Shown here piece by piece: positions 18,533 through 28,388 of a stretch of 64,000 nucleotides of DNA. The first letter of the stretch is position 1, and the number at the start of each line of letters is the position of its first letter. The notes under the pieces were generated by a model that saw only the letters and a list, made by a program, of their open reading frames with translations, did not search any database and had not been told where the DNA came from. The translations under genes and the position numbers were made by a program. Origin of the DNA: Clostridia bacterium (GTDB lineage: Bacteria; Bacillota; Clostridia; Oscillospirales; RGIG8002); assembly GCA_017616855.1 (NCBI GenBank), contig JAFZXI010000019.1:2163-66162 (forward strand), read 5' to 3'.

Positions 18533-19543
18533 TCAGAAGCGGAACGGCGGTTTGAAAACTCCCTTGTCTGTTATCATCGCGGTTATCAGTTCCGCGGGAG
18601 TAACGTCGAAAGCGGGATTATAGACCTTGACGTTTTCGGGAGCCATCGGCTTTGCGTACCACATGGAAGTCACCTCGCGCGGCGAGCGCTGCTCGATGGT
18701 GATATCGTGTCCCGTTGCGCAAGATGGGTCTATCGTAGAAAACGGCACCGCGACGTAGAAGGGGATACCGAAGTGCTTCGCCGCAACGGCGACGGAGAGG
18801 GTACCGGTCTTGTTCGCGGCATCGCCGTTGGCGGCGACTCTGTCGCTGCCGACGATAACGGCGTCGATCTCGCCCTTCGCCATTAGTCCGGCGGCCATGT
18901 TGTCGCAGAGCAGGGTGCAGTCGATACCCGCGGAGCAAAGCTCGTAAGCGGTGAGCCGCGCGCCCTGGAGCAGCGGACGCGTTTCGTCTGCGTAGACCTT
19001 GAGTTTCACGCCCTTTTCGGCGGCGCGGTAGATCGGGGCGAGCGCGGTGCCGTAGCGGACGGCGGCGAGCCGTCCGGCGTTGCAGTGCGTCAACACGTGC
19101 ATGCTGTCGCGAAAGAAGGGGGCGCCGTATTCGCCTATCGCGGTGCAGGACTCGATATCCTCGGCGATGATGCTTTCCGCCTCCGCCTTCATGGCGGCGA
19201 CGGCGTCAGCGGGGACGGGATGCGCTTTGAGCACGGCATCCATACGCTCGAGCGCCCAGAAAAGATTGCGCGCGGTCGGGCGGGAGGCGGCGAGGATCGC
19301 GAGCTCTTCTCTGACTTGTCCGTAAAAGTCGCGGCTGTCGAGCGCGTTCTTCGCGGCGAGGTACGCTCCGCAGGCGGCGGCGACGCCGATGGCGGGCGCG
19401 CCGCGGACGGCGAGCCGCTTTATTGCGTAAGCGATCTGGTCGGTAGTAGTCAGCGAACGGAACACTTCCTCGTTGGGAAGCAGCGTCTGATCGATGATGA
19501 CGAGCGCGCTTTTCGCGTCGTCGAGCCAAAGCGTATCCTTCAA
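18533..19543 (-). CDS. mtnA: S-methyl-5-thioribose-1-phosphate isomerase (eIF-2B alpha/beta/delta family)
   Basis: LWLDD..ALVIIDQTLLP..., RGAPAIGVAAA and VIVGSDRVAANGDAANKTGT motifs. The track ORF starts at GTG 19768 with a non-homologous 75-aa extension. I prefer TTG 19543 (GGAG 8 nt upstream), giving 336 aa. Confidence 0.8.
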   Translation of the reverse strand: MKDTLWLDDAKSALVIIDQTLLPNEEVFRSLTTTDQIAYAIKRLAVRGAPAIGVAAACGAYLAAKNALDSRDFYGQVREELAILAASRPTARNLFWALERMDAVLKAHPVPADAVAAMKAEAESIIAEDIESCTAIGEYGAPFFRDSMHVLTHCNAGRLAAVRYGTALAPIYRAAEKGVKLKVYADETRPLLQGARLTAYELCSAGIDCTLLCDNMAAGLMAKGEIDAVIVGSDRVAANGDAANKTGTLSVAVAAKHFGIPFYVAVPFSTIDPSCATGHDITIEQRSPREVTSMWYAKPMAPENVKVYNPAFDVTPAELITAMITDKGVFKPPFRF

Positions 19544-19624
19544 AACGATCACTCCAATCAGCCGTGAATAATCTAAGCGGAAATGCAGAAAATAGAATCG
19601 AAAACGAACAAAAGGGGCGGTAAA

Positions 19625-19945
19625 ATGAATAATCTGAGATGCGGCGTAAAGACCTGCGTGAACAACAGCGACTACTGCTGCTGTCTGCCGAAAATCGACG
19701 TTGCGGGCAAGACCGCGAGAAACTGCGGAGAGACCTGCTGCGTTTCTTTCGGCGAAAGGCGCATGCACGGGCGGAACTCCGTCAATTCATTCGACGCGGA
19801 GCTCGCCACCGACGTCGGCTGCGACGCGATTAACTGCGTCCACAACGAAAACGGCGGCTGCACCGCGGTAACGGTGAACATCGCCGGCAGAAAAGCGATG
19901 AAGTGTTACGACACCGAATGCGACAGCTTCCGCATGCGCAGATAA
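19625..19945 (+). CDS. Cysteine-rich DUF1540 domain protein (two repeats)
   Basis: Two copies of the pattern C.V..C..N....C.......V.G (LRCGVKTCVNNSDYCCC..IDVAG and VGCDAINCVHNENGGCTAVTVNIAG). Start at ATG 19625 behind AGGGGCGG. Confidence 0.6.
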   Translation: MNNLRCGVKTCVNNSDYCCCLPKIDVAGKTARNCGETCCVSFGERRMHGRNSVNSFDAELATDVGCDAINCVHNENGGCTAVTVNIAGRKAMKCYDTECDSFRMRR

Positions 19946-19960
19946 AACGCGGACGCCGCG

Positions 19961-20701
19961 CTATCTGACCCCGTCGGGATTATAGACCCTGACGGGGTTT
20001 GTTTTATGCGCGTTTACGCGTATCGCCGCTTCGATGCGGGCGACGTTTTCTGGAGTACCCGTGCCGTGCAGCAGGTATTCGTCGATCTCCGCGTAGGTGA
20101 TGCCCATTTCGGCTTCGTCGGTCTGCCCGTCGAAGAGGGCGGCGGAGGGCGCCTTTTCGATTATCGCTTTCGGCGCGCCGAGGAAGCGCAGGAACTCGTA
20201 GACCTCGGTTACGGTCAAATCGTAGATTGGGTTGAGGTCATAGGCGCCGTCGCCCCATTTGGTGAAGTATCCCATCGTGCGCTCGCTGCGGTTTCCGGTC
20301 CCTGCGACGAGGCAGCCGGTGGAAGCGGCGTAAGCGTAAAGCATCGTCATACGCAGGCGCGGCGCGATATTCGTCAACGCTCCTTCGGTGGGCTCGACGG
20401 CGGATTGTAAACCTTCAATCATGGCGTTTCTGGCGTCAAAAATATCAATGGAGACGGTGCGGATACCGAACTTATCGGCGAGCTCTTTGCCGTCTTCGGC
20501 GTCCTTTCCGTAATGGCGCGCGATACCGCAGGGGAGCATGACGCCGGTTACGTTATCGGTTGCGTGGCGGCATATGATCCCGACGAGCGCGCAGTCTTTG
20601 CCGCCGCTGTTGCCGAGGACTATGCCTTTGGCGTGAGCGGACTCCATAACCTCTTTGACGTATGCGGCGCGCTTTTCAAGCTCTTTCGCGTAGTCTCTCA
20701 T
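19961..20701 (-). CDS. nadE: NH3-dependent NAD+ synthetase
   Basis: 246 aa with PP-loop variant LGNSGGKDCALV and a NadE-like C-terminal region (FTKWGDGAYDLNPI). Confidence 0.8.
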   Translation of the reverse strand: MRDYAKELEKRAAYVKEVMESAHAKGIVLGNSGGKDCALVGIICRHATDNVTGVMLPCGIARHYGKDAEDGKELADKFGIRTVSIDIFDARNAMIEGLQSAVEPTEGALTNIAPRLRMTMLYAYAASTGCLVAGTGNRSERTMGYFTKWGDGAYDLNPIYDLTVTEVYEFLRFLGAPKAIIEKAPSAALFDGQTDEAEMGITYAEIDEYLLHGTGTPENVARIEAAIRVNAHKTNPVRVYNPDGVR

Positions 20702-20714
20702 TCTTATCTTCCTT

Positions 20715-21554
20715 TCAACGGTATCCGATGACTACGCGGCGAAGTCCCGCGTAGTCGCGGACGGGGTGGATGTGTTTGAAACCGGCGGAAAACATCATTT
20801 CGCTGACCGGCTCGTATTGTTTATACCCAATCTCAAACGCCAGCATTCCGCCATCGCGGAGCAGGGAAAAAGCGTTTTTGGTCAGTTTGCGGTAAAACTT
20901 CAGCCCGTCGCCGCCGTCCGTGAGTGCGGTCTTCGGCTGCGCCGTAACGTCTGCGGGCAGCCGCGCGTATTCGTCGGCGGTAACGTAAGGCGGGTTCGAC
21001 AGGATAACGTCGTATTTTTCGGGCGATCGAAAGGTGAGCGCGTCGGCGTTTATCGCCCTGCATCTTCCTTCGGCAAGGTAAAGGTTTTTCTCGAGATAAG
21101 CGAATGCTTCCGGATAAAGCTCAACCAGATCCGCGGTCACGTTTTCGCAGTATTGCGCGACGGAAATGCCTACGCAGCCGCTTCCCGCGCAAAGGTCGAG
21201 CAGCCGCGCTTTTTCAAGCGTTTTCACGAAGTCTATCCCGACAGTCGCGAGATGCTCGGTATCGGGCGAAGGAATGAACACGCCGCGCCCTACGAAAAAG
21301 GGCAGCGACATAAACTCCCACTGCCCGAGAAGGTATTGCAGCGGCTCGCCCGCCATGCGTTTTTCGGCAATGCCGTACGCTTCTGCCGCGTCGGAATCGG
21401 AAAGCGTCAGGGCGTATTTCAGCGGAAGCTCGCGCGGCTCGCCGCCGACGAAGCGGCAAAGTATAAGCTTTGCCTCAAACTCCGGCGCCTCAACGAGCCC
21501 CGAGCCGGAAAGCGCCGCGACGAGCTTTTCATATGCCGTTCTGACGTCAGGCAT
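20715..21554 (-). CDS. prmC: Peptide chain release factor N5-glutamine methyltransferase
   Basis: SAM-binding LDLCAGSGCVG and catalytic NPPY (ILSNPPYV). 8-nt overlap with the upstream DUF1385 gene. Confidence 0.85.
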   Translation of the reverse strand: MPDVRTAYEKLVAALSGSGLVEAPEFEAKLILCRFVGGEPRELPLKYALTLSDSDAAEAYGIAEKRMAGEPLQYLLGQWEFMSLPFFVGRGVFIPSPDTEHLATVGIDFVKTLEKARLLDLCAGSGCVGISVAQYCENVTADLVELYPEAFAYLEKNLYLAEGRCRAINADALTFRSPEKYDVILSNPPYVTADEYARLPADVTAQPKTALTDGGDGLKFYRKLTKNAFSLLRDGGMLAFEIGYKQYEPVSEMMFSAGFKHIHPVRDYAGLRRVVIGYR

Positions 21555-22674
21555 TCTCCGCTTCCTCTTCGTTGACAGGAGCGTTCTCCTGTGCTTCTTC
21601 GGCGTTTACCGCGTCCGCTTCGGCGGCGGGCTCTTCGGCTGTTTGAACGGTTTCTTCGGCTTCCTTTGCCGGCTCTTTCGGGCGGTCGAAGTTCGGGACC
21701 TCTCTGCCGAGCGCGGCGCAAAGGGAAGCGATGGCAATCTCTATCTGCGCGTCATCGGGGTTCTTGGTGGTGAAGAACTGCATGGAAAGTCCGGGCGCAG
21801 CGAGTATCTTCGTGAACCAGTTGTTAAAGCGCCCGAGCAGCTTGATTATCTCATACCCGACGCCCATGATAAGCGGCACGCAGGCGATATTCACCGCGTA
21901 ACGTATCGGGAGATTGTCCCAGTTGACGAAGGGCAGTATCTGCTGAAGCAAAACGAAAAACGCGATGCTGAACACCAGCATTACGAAAAGGAACGAAGTC
22001 GAGCAGCGCGGATGGAAGCGCGAGCACTTTTTGACGTTCTCGACCGTCAGCTCCTCGCCGGCTTCGAGACAGTGTATCGTTTTGTGCTCCGCGCCGTGAT
22101 ACATAAGCGTGCGGCGCACGTCCTTCATCAGCGAGCAAAACGCGAGGTATCCGATGAAAATCAGTATCTTCAGCACGGCGTGGATTATCGTGACGTAAGT
22201 ATCGAAATGCGGCGCGTCCTGACTCCCGAGGATGAGCAGTCCTATTTTCTTGGCGAGGAAACCGGGGAGAAGGATGAAAACCGCCACGCAGATGATTAAG
22301 CTCAGGACGACGCTTATCGCGCTGATGAACTTCATCACGTTGCCGCCCGTGACTTTATTCAGCCACTTCTCAAACTTTCCGGGCTCTTCGCTTTTCTCGA
22401 TGTCCTCGAGTCCGCTCAGTTCGGCGGAGCGCATCAGCGATTTATAGCCGAGCGCCAGCGAAGTGGGGAAAGCGAGCAGGCCGCGGATTATCGGGACCTT
22501 CGAGAAGAATTTGAAGACCTTGCCGCGCTTTTTCTGCGGAACCTCCTCGACGGCGACGCAGCCGTCGGATTTGCGGACCGCCAGGACCGTTTTTTCAGGC
22601 GAGCGCATCATGACGCCCTCGATGAGCGCCTGGCCGCCTACGTTTGCGTAACAGACTTTTGTTTTCTTTGACAT
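21547..22674 (-). CDS. DUF1385 (YqhQ-like) membrane protein
   Basis: N-terminus ..GGQALIEGVMMRSP.. and the GAEHKTIHCLE motif typical of DUF1385, which commonly sits next to prmC. Acidic Ala/Glu-rich C-terminal tail. Confidence 0.75.
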   Translation of the reverse strand: MSKKTKVCYANVGGQALIEGVMMRSPEKTVLAVRKSDGCVAVEEVPQKKRGKVFKFFSKVPIIRGLLAFPTSLALGYKSLMRSAELSGLEDIEKSEEPGKFEKWLNKVTGGNVMKFISAISVVLSLIICVAVFILLPGFLAKKIGLLILGSQDAPHFDTYVTIIHAVLKILIFIGYLAFCSLMKDVRRTLMYHGAEHKTIHCLEAGEELTVENVKKCSRFHPRCSTSFLFVMLVFSIAFFVLLQQILPFVNWDNLPIRYAVNIACVPLIMGVGYEIIKLLGRFNNWFTKILAAPGLSMQFFTTKNPDDAQIEIAIASLCAALGREVPNFDRPKEPAKEAEETVQTAEEPAAEADAVNAEEAQENAPVNEEEAENA

Positions 22675-22699
22675 ATCGTTTCTCCGTTCTGAAATGCAG

Positions 22700-24145
22700 T
22701 TATCTGTCTTCCGGCAGCGCCGTCTGCATTATCGGGAATGTAATCATGACCGTCGTGCCCTTTTCGAGCACGCTGTCTATTTCAAATTCGCCTCCGTGCA
22801 GGTTCACGATGTCGGTGACTATCGCGAGGCCTATGCCGCTGCCGGGGCGTGAACTTGCGCCCTTGAAGAACTTTTGCTTTATCTTCGGCAGGTCCTCTTC
22901 GGAAATGCCGATGCCGTTATCCGCGAAGACGATGCAGACGCGGTCTTTTTTCTCAAAGAGATTGATCTCAACCTTGCCGCCTTCGGGGTAGGAGTACTTG
23001 ATTGCGTTGTCGATAATATTTACGAATACCTGCTTGATGCGCGCGGCGTCGCCGAAGACGGGGGAACAGGTTTCCGGAGCCGTGAGCAGCAGGGAAATAT
23101 TGCTCTTTTTCGCGCGCTCCTCGAACATGAGCACGGTTTCCTCAAGCTCGGCGATAAGGTCGAGCTTCGTCATGTTCAGCGTCATCTTGCCGTTCTGGAG
23201 GCGCGAGAAGTCGAGCAGCTCCGAGACCATCGCGGAAAGGCGGTTGCTCTCGGCGGAGATGACCTTCATGCCTTTTTCTATCATGTCGTCGCTGCGCATG
23301 TTCGGGTCGGAGAGCGTTTCGCTCCAGCCGCGGATGGCGGTAAGCGGAGTCAGCAGCTCGTGCGAAATCGAGGAGGTAAAGTCGTTTTTCATCGCCTCGG
23401 AAGCGCCGAGCGCCGCCGCCATATTGTTGATTTCGTGGGCGAGATCGCCTATCTCGTCGCGGTATTTATCGTCTATGCGGACGGAGAAGTCGTTTTTCGC
23501 TATCTTCTTCGTGGTGTCGGTAATAGTCGCAAGCGGCTTGATTATCGACTTGACGAAGTATCTGCCGGAGAAGTAGCAGGCGAGCAGGAGAAGTATGCCG
23601 AAGCCGGAAAGCAGCAGCACAACCGAAAGCACACGCCCCTGAATATTGCGCATCGAAATAACGTAGCGCAGCACACACGCGACGTTTCCGCCGAGTTTTA
23701 TGGAATGCGAAACGGCGATGATGTTTTCGCCGTAGGAGTTGCTGCCGACGAAGCTTCCGACGTCGGAGGAAATCGCTTCGATCACGTCGGCGGGATTGGC
23801 GTCGTCCGGCGCGAAGCCGCTCGAAGTCAGCGTTACGCGGCCGACGGAGTTCGCCGCCATCAGCTCGATCTTCTCGCGCTGCGGGAAGCTCTCGACGTAT
23901 TCGCGGACGCCTGCGAGCAGGTTTTCCTCGGTCGAGTAAAACTCCTCGAAATACGCGGCGTCGATCTCGGATTTGCTCGTCAGCGCCTGCTTCGCGGATG
24001 AAACGTAATATCCGCGTACGGCAACAGAACCCGCGACGAGCAGCACGCAAATCGTCACGAACACGATGGTAAAAATATTAATTATCCATCGGCGAGTGAT
24101 GCCGGATTTCAGGATTTTGAAACCCACTTGTAGCCATACCCCCAC
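22700..24145 (-). CDS. Sensor histidine kinase (2 TM + HAMP + HisKA + HATPase_c)
   Basis: H-box SHELLTPLTAIRGW, N-box DNAIKY, G1 DNGIGI, G2 GSGIGLAIV. GTG start at 24145 overlaps the regulator gene by 37 nt; a later start is possible. Confidence 0.85.
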   Translation of the reverse strand: MGVWLQVGFKILKSGITRRWIINIFTIVFVTICVLLVAGSVAVRGYYVSSAKQALTSKSEIDAAYFEEFYSTEENLLAGVREYVESFPQREKIELMAANSVGRVTLTSSGFAPDDANPADVIEAISSDVGSFVGSNSYGENIIAVSHSIKLGGNVACVLRYVISMRNIQGRVLSVVLLLSGFGILLLLACYFSGRYFVKSIIKPLATITDTTKKIAKNDFSVRIDDKYRDEIGDLAHEINNMAAALGASEAMKNDFTSSISHELLTPLTAIRGWSETLSDPNMRSDDMIEKGMKVISAESNRLSAMVSELLDFSRLQNGKMTLNMTKLDLIAELEETVLMFEERAKKSNISLLLTAPETCSPVFGDAARIKQVFVNIIDNAIKYSYPEGGKVEINLFEKKDRVCIVFADNGIGISEEDLPKIKQKFFKGASSRPGSGIGLAIVTDIVNLHGGEFEIDSVLEKGTTVMITFPIMQTALPEDR

Positions 24146-24813
24146 ACTTTGATAATGGTTCTCGGATAGGAGGGATCCTCCTCCACTTTCATGCGAAGTC
24201 TGCGGATGTTAACGTCAACGACCTTGAGGTCGTTGTGGTATCCGTCGCCCCAGACCGCGTCGGAAATGCTTTCGCGGCTGATTGCGACGTCGGGATTCTC
24301 AAAAAAGAGCTTGAGCATAAGATACTCGACCTGCGTCAGCTCGATCGGCTCATCGTCCTTAACGAGGGTGCGCGTCAGACCGATAAGGCGGAAGCGGCCG
24401 CACTTGAACTCCTCGCCGGCGCGCTCGAGATGCTCGAACTTGCCGCTGACTCTGCGGTAAAGCGCGTCGACGCGCGCCACGAGCTCGGAAGGGGAGAACG
24501 GCTTGGTTATGTAGTCGTCGGCGCCGAGCATCAATCCGCTGACGCGGTCTATTTCCTGCGAGCGCGCGGAAAGCATGATAATGCCGGAGTCGGAGGTGCG
24601 CTCTCTGATGCGGCGGCAGACGGCGAATCCGTCTATGCCGGGCAGGTTGATGTCGAGGAGATAGAGCGAGAAACCGGTGGGAGTTCTGTCGATGATGCTC
24701 AGGGCTTCCTCGCCGGTGGACGCCTCGACTATTTCGTAGCCGGCGCGCTGCAGATTGATGACGATAAACTCGCGTATCGTCGCTTCGTCTTCGAGAACGA
24801 GTATGTTTTTCAT
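24109..24813 (-). CDS. OmpR/PhoB-family response regulator
   Basis: Receiver domain (ILVLEDE...LLDINLPGIDG) plus a winged-helix C-terminus (..RRLRMKVEEDP..IIKVWGYGYKW). Confidence 0.9.
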   Translation of the reverse strand: MKNILVLEDEATIREFIVINLQRAGYEIVEASTGEEALSIIDRTPTGFSLYLLDINLPGIDGFAVCRRIRERTSDSGIIMLSARSQEIDRVSGLMLGADDYITKPFSPSELVARVDALYRRVSGKFEHLERAGEEFKCGRFRLIGLTRTLVKDDEPIELTQVEYLMLKLFFENPDVAISRESISDAVWGDGYHNDLKVVDVNIRRLRMKVEEDPSYPRTIIKVWGYGYKWVSKS

Positions 24814-24840
24814 GGCTTCCTCCTGTGAGCTTGTTATTTG

Positions 24841-26181
24841 TCAGCTTATAGAGAGCGGGTGAACTATTTCTTTGATTTCATCCATTGTCAGTGTCCGGCC
24901 CTTGAAGGTCTCGGCGATGAGCTTGGCGGTTATCATGTATCCGCCGGATTTGAACAGAATCGTATATCCTTCCGCCGCCGCTTCGGCGCCGCTGTCTTCG
25001 GAGAAACGCTTGATGCAGAAGAGCGGTTCGCCGGTCAGTTTTCCGTTCGCGGTGCGTATCGTGAAGAGCGCCTGCTCCGGATCGACCTCGGCGGTGATGA
25101 TATTGCGGTTTTCTTCATAGACGGTTATGTAGAAGCCGTAGGACGTGCTGACGATCGTGCTTTGGTCGGTGGCGAAAACGCCGTTTTCAAACGTGCACCA
25201 GTCGGTGAGATAACGCACGGTGGGCGAATTCTCGTCATAGTCGGGGAGCGGCGAGCAGACGGGGAACTCTATCGTGGTATCCTGGTCGATATCCATACAG
25301 CAAATCGAACTCGTGCGCCTCGTCGGATTGTTGGCGATATCGGAGAAGTATAGGGCAAGACCGTCGCCGCTGTATTGGATTATCTGCGTTACGTATTCGC
25401 CCGTGTTCAGACGCGCGTCGAGGAGCACGGCGGGTTGGCCGTCGCCGATCTTGCCGCTGATGAGACTGACGTAGGACATGACGCCGTTATAAAGCTGAGC
25501 GGTGCGTTCCGCAGTAATGGCGCCGTTGACGCTTTCGATGACGGAGAAGTTCGTTTCCTGCGTCACGGTCTCGGCCTCCTCGGTCGTCGTTGTCGCAATA
25601 ATGGCGATCTCGTCGGAGGCGTCGGAGTTGAGGTTGACCTTCAGCATGTATGAATACGGAGTGGAAAACAGCTGCTTATATCCGTCTTCGGAAAAGCCGT
25701 ATATACTGAGTCCTTTAGATGAAGACTCGGAGTTGTGCGTTGGCTCGTTGAGGGAAATATCCCATCCGACCGCGAGCTCGTAAGCCCCGTCGCCGTCCAG
25801 ATCCGCGAATTCGCAGCGGTAGACCTCGGAGCAGTCGCCGTTTATCAGCGTTATCGGATTCCAGACTCCGTCGACGCTGTCGAAGAACTGGAGCTGCACC
25901 GTCGCCATTCCGCCCAGCACGAAGAACGCCGCGGCTTCCGCCTCGCCGTCGCCGTCCATGTCGGCGAAAACGACGGAGGAACGGTTCGAGCCGGTAAGCG
26001 GGTGCTTCAGCGTGTATTCGCCGCCGGCGGCGGTTTTGAGCGCGTCAAGGACCGCCTGCTGCTCCTCGCCAAGGCGGGGAGGTTGGAATAGGTCGCTTAT
26101 CTCGCCTTCGTAAAGCGAGCAGCCGGCGGCGGAAAGCAGCAGCGCCAGCGTAAGTATTAAAATGACGGTTTTTTTGATCAT
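24841..26181 (-). CDS. Lipoprotein with FG-GAP/VCBS-like calcium-loop repeats, first gene of the two-component operon
   Basis: Lipobox LLLSAAGC after MIKKTVILILTLA. Motifs FADMDGDGEAEAAAFF and FADLDGDGAYELAVGW. Stop lies 27 nt upstream of the regulator start. Start set to ATG 26181 (GGAG RBS). Confidence 0.6.
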   Translation of the reverse strand: MIKKTVILILTLALLLSAAGCSLYEGEISDLFQPPRLGEEQQAVLDALKTAAGGEYTLKHPLTGSNRSSVVFADMDGDGEAEAAAFFVLGGMATVQLQFFDSVDGVWNPITLINGDCSEVYRCEFADLDGDGAYELAVGWDISLNEPTHNSESSSKGLSIYGFSEDGYKQLFSTPYSYMLKVNLNSDASDEIAIIATTTTEEAETVTQETNFSVIESVNGAITAERTAQLYNGVMSYVSLISGKIGDGQPAVLLDARLNTGEYVTQIIQYSGDGLALYFSDIANNPTRRTSSICCMDIDQDTTIEFPVCSPLPDYDENSPTVRYLTDWCTFENGVFATDQSTIVSTSYGFYITVYEENRNIITAEVDPEQALFTIRTANGKLTGEPLFCIKRFSEDSGAEAAAEGYTILFKSGGYMITAKLIAETFKGRTLTMDEIKEIVHPLSIS

Positions 26182-26318
26182 GGCGCATCTCCGTGGTTCT
26201 TCGGACATAATCCTACTTATACATTTTAATTATAACAAATAGAACCGAGCATATCAAGTATAATAACAAAATATTTTTAAGTAATGAAATCGAGGTAAAA
26301 GATTTTTGAAAAGAGATA

Positions 26319-26347
26319 TTGAACGAAAGGGAAGTTTGTGCTAAAAT
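26319..26347 (+). promoter_or_regulatory. Candidate sigma-A promoter of ogg
   Basis: TTGAAC, 17 nt, (TGc)TAAAAT, ending 24 nt upstream of the ATG at 26371. Confidence 0.45.
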
Positions 26348-26370
26348 AATCGCGTGAAGGGAAGATAAAG

Positions 26371-27231
26371 ATGAGATTTGAAACCGCCGAAAACGGAATA
26401 TACTGCGAGCCGAAGGGGAGAATAAACCTTCCGCTGACGCTCGACTGCGGTCAGGCGTTCCGCTGGCGCGAAACCGAAGGCGGTTTTCGCGCGCCGGTCG
26501 GAGATAAGCTCGTCACCGTTTCGGAAAGCGGAAACGGACTGCTTTTCTCCGCGGACTGCGAGCCGGAAGCGCTCGCCGATGCGGTCACCGGGTATTTCGA
26601 CCTCGACCGCGACTACGCCCGTATCGAGCGCGTCATTTCCGCGGACGCTTACGTGAAAGAAGCGATGCAGACCTGCAGCGGCCTGCGCATTCTGAAACAG
26701 CCGCCGTTTGAGGCGCTTATCTCGTTTATCATCTCGCAAAATAACAACGTCCCGCGTATCAAAAAGATAATCGACAAGCTCTGCGGATGCTTCGGAAAGC
26801 CGCTCGCGGACGGCGTGAACGCGTTCCCGGACGCGAAGACGCTCGCCGCGCTCGACGAGACCGACCTCGAGCCGCTCCACTGCGGATACCGCGCGCGTTA
26901 CATAATCGAAGCGGCGCGAAAGGTCGCTTCCGGCGAGCTGGACCTCGGTTACGCCGCGGAGTGCGAAGAAGACGAGTGTGTCAGCGCGCTCAAGGGCGTT
27001 ACCGGCGTCGGCGACAAGGTCGCGGCGTGCGTGATGCTTTACGGACTCGGGCGTTTGGATTGCTTCCCGATGGACGTCTGGATGAAGCGCGTCGTCAAGG
27101 TGCTTTACGACGGCGACCCGTGCGTGAAGGAGCGCTTCGGCGGCTACGCCGGCGTCGCGCAGCAGTATCTTTTCGTCCTCGCCAGGCAGGAAAAATACCT
27201 CGAAAAATTCAGCGATAAAAAGGCGTCCTGA
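26371..27231 (+). CDS. ogg: 8-oxoguanine DNA glycosylase / AP lyase (HhH-GPD superfamily)
   Basis: N-terminal GQAFRW. HhH-GPD segment VTGVGDKVAACVMLYGL with catalytic Lys, followed by FPMDVWMKR with catalytic Asp, in the order seen in OGG1-type enzymes. Confidence 0.75.
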   Translation: MRFETAENGIYCEPKGRINLPLTLDCGQAFRWRETEGGFRAPVGDKLVTVSESGNGLLFSADCEPEALADAVTGYFDLDRDYARIERVISADAYVKEAMQTCSGLRILKQPPFEALISFIISQNNNVPRIKKIIDKLCGCFGKPLADGVNAFPDAKTLAALDETDLEPLHCGYRARYIIEAARKVASGELDLGYAAECEEDECVSALKGVTGVGDKVAACVMLYGLGRLDCFPMDVWMKRVVKVLYDGDPCVKERFGGYAGVAQQYLFVLARQEKYLEKFSDKKAS

Positions 27232-27263
27232 TCAGTGAATAATCATCGAAAGGTGCGGATAAT

Positions 27264-28277
27264 ATGAAAATGCTCATCACCGGCGGAGCCGGCTACATCG
27301 GAAGTCATACCTGCGTGGAGCTGCTCAACTCCGGCAACGAAGTAACCGTCGTCGATAACCTCGCGAACTCCAAAGCGGCGGCGCTCGACCGCGTCCGCGA
27401 GATAACCGGCAGGGACTTTACCTTCCATAAGGTCGACCTGCTCGACGCGGAAGCGCTCGAAAAGGTCTTCGCGGAGGAGCGTCCGGACGGCGTCATTCAC
27501 TTCGCCGGACTGAAGGCGGTCGGCGAGTCGGTCGCGAAGCCGCTCGAGTACTACCACAACAACATCGCGGGCACGATAAATCTGCTTGAGATGATGCGCA
27601 AATACGACGCTAAGAAGCTTGTTTTCTCCTCGTCCGCGACGGTTTACGGCGACCCCGCCTCCGTGCCGATAACCGAGAGCTTCCCGCTGTCCGTAACGAA
27701 TCCTTACGGCAGAACGAAGCTGATGATCGAAGACATTCTCCGCGATCTTTACCGTTCCGACGACACCTGGAGCATCGTTATCCTGCGCTACTTCAACCCC
27801 GTCGGCGCGCATGAAAGCGGCAGAATCGGCGAAGATCCCGCCGGCATTCCGAACAACCTCATGCCGTACATTTCGCAGGTCGCCGCGGGCAAGCTCAAGC
27901 GCCTGCGCGTTTTCGGCAACGACTATCCGACGCCGGACGGCACAGGAGTGCGCGACTATATCCACGTCGTAGACCTCGCGAAAGGGCATATCGCCGCGCT
28001 GAAAAAGCTCGGTGTCAACGGCGTTTACACTTACAATCTCGGCACCGGCAGGGGATACAGCGTCCTCGACGCCGTCAAGGCGTTTGAAAGCGCGAACGGG
28101 CTCGAGATACCCTACGACATAGTCGAGCGCCGCCCCGGCGACATCGCCGAATGCTACGCAGATCCCGCCCTCGCGGAAAAGGAGCTCGGCTGGCGCGCGG
28201 AGAAGGATCTCGTCGATATGTGCCGCGACGCGTGGAACTGGCAGAAGAACAATCCGGACGGCTATCCGGAAGACTGA
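27264..28277 (+). CDS. galE: UDP-glucose 4-epimerase
   Basis: Rossmann motif [11 protein letters not shown], catalytic YGRTK (YxxxK), 337 aa. Confidence 0.9.
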   Translation: MKMLITGGAGYIGSHTCVELLNSGNEVTVVDNLANSKAAALDRVREITGRDFTFHKVDLLDAEALEKVFAEERPDGVIHFAGLKAVGESVAKPLEYYHNNIAGTINLLEMMRKYDAKKLVFSSSATVYGDPASVPITESFPLSVTNPYGRTKLMIEDILRDLYRSDDTWSIVILRYFNPVGAHESGRIGEDPAGIPNNLMPYISQVAAGKLKRLRVFGNDYPTPDGTGVRDYIHVVDLAKGHIAALKKLGVNGVYTYNLGTGRGYSVLDAVKAFESANGLEIPYDIVERRPGDIAECYADPALAEKELGWRAEKDLVDMCRDAWNWQKNNPDGYPED

Positions 28278-28330
28278 CGGTTAAGGGTAAACAATAATAC
28301 TTGAAATAACGAATCATCGGATTGACAATA

Positions 28331-28360
28331 AAGCCGCGTTCCCGATCGGGAACGCGGCTT
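28331..28360. terminator. Bidirectional hairpin terminator between convergent galE and the 1100-aa gene
   Basis: Perfect palindrome AAGCCGCGTTCCC-GATC-GGGAACGCGGCTT between the stops at 28277 (+) and 28389 (-). Confidence 0.7.
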
Positions 28361-28388
28361 TGCGTTATGCGTTTTTTGTTATCAATGA

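Noticed and set aside
19544-19768. N-terminal extensions of track ORFs (mtnA 19544-19768; also 5558-5641, 9189-9227, 26182-26208, 35190-35273, 35610-35645, 43916-44008, 50253-50285, 56257-56424)
   Set aside because: The extensions overlap upstream genes or lack homology-like sequence. Internal starts have proper GGAGG-type RBS spacing and give canonical N-termini.
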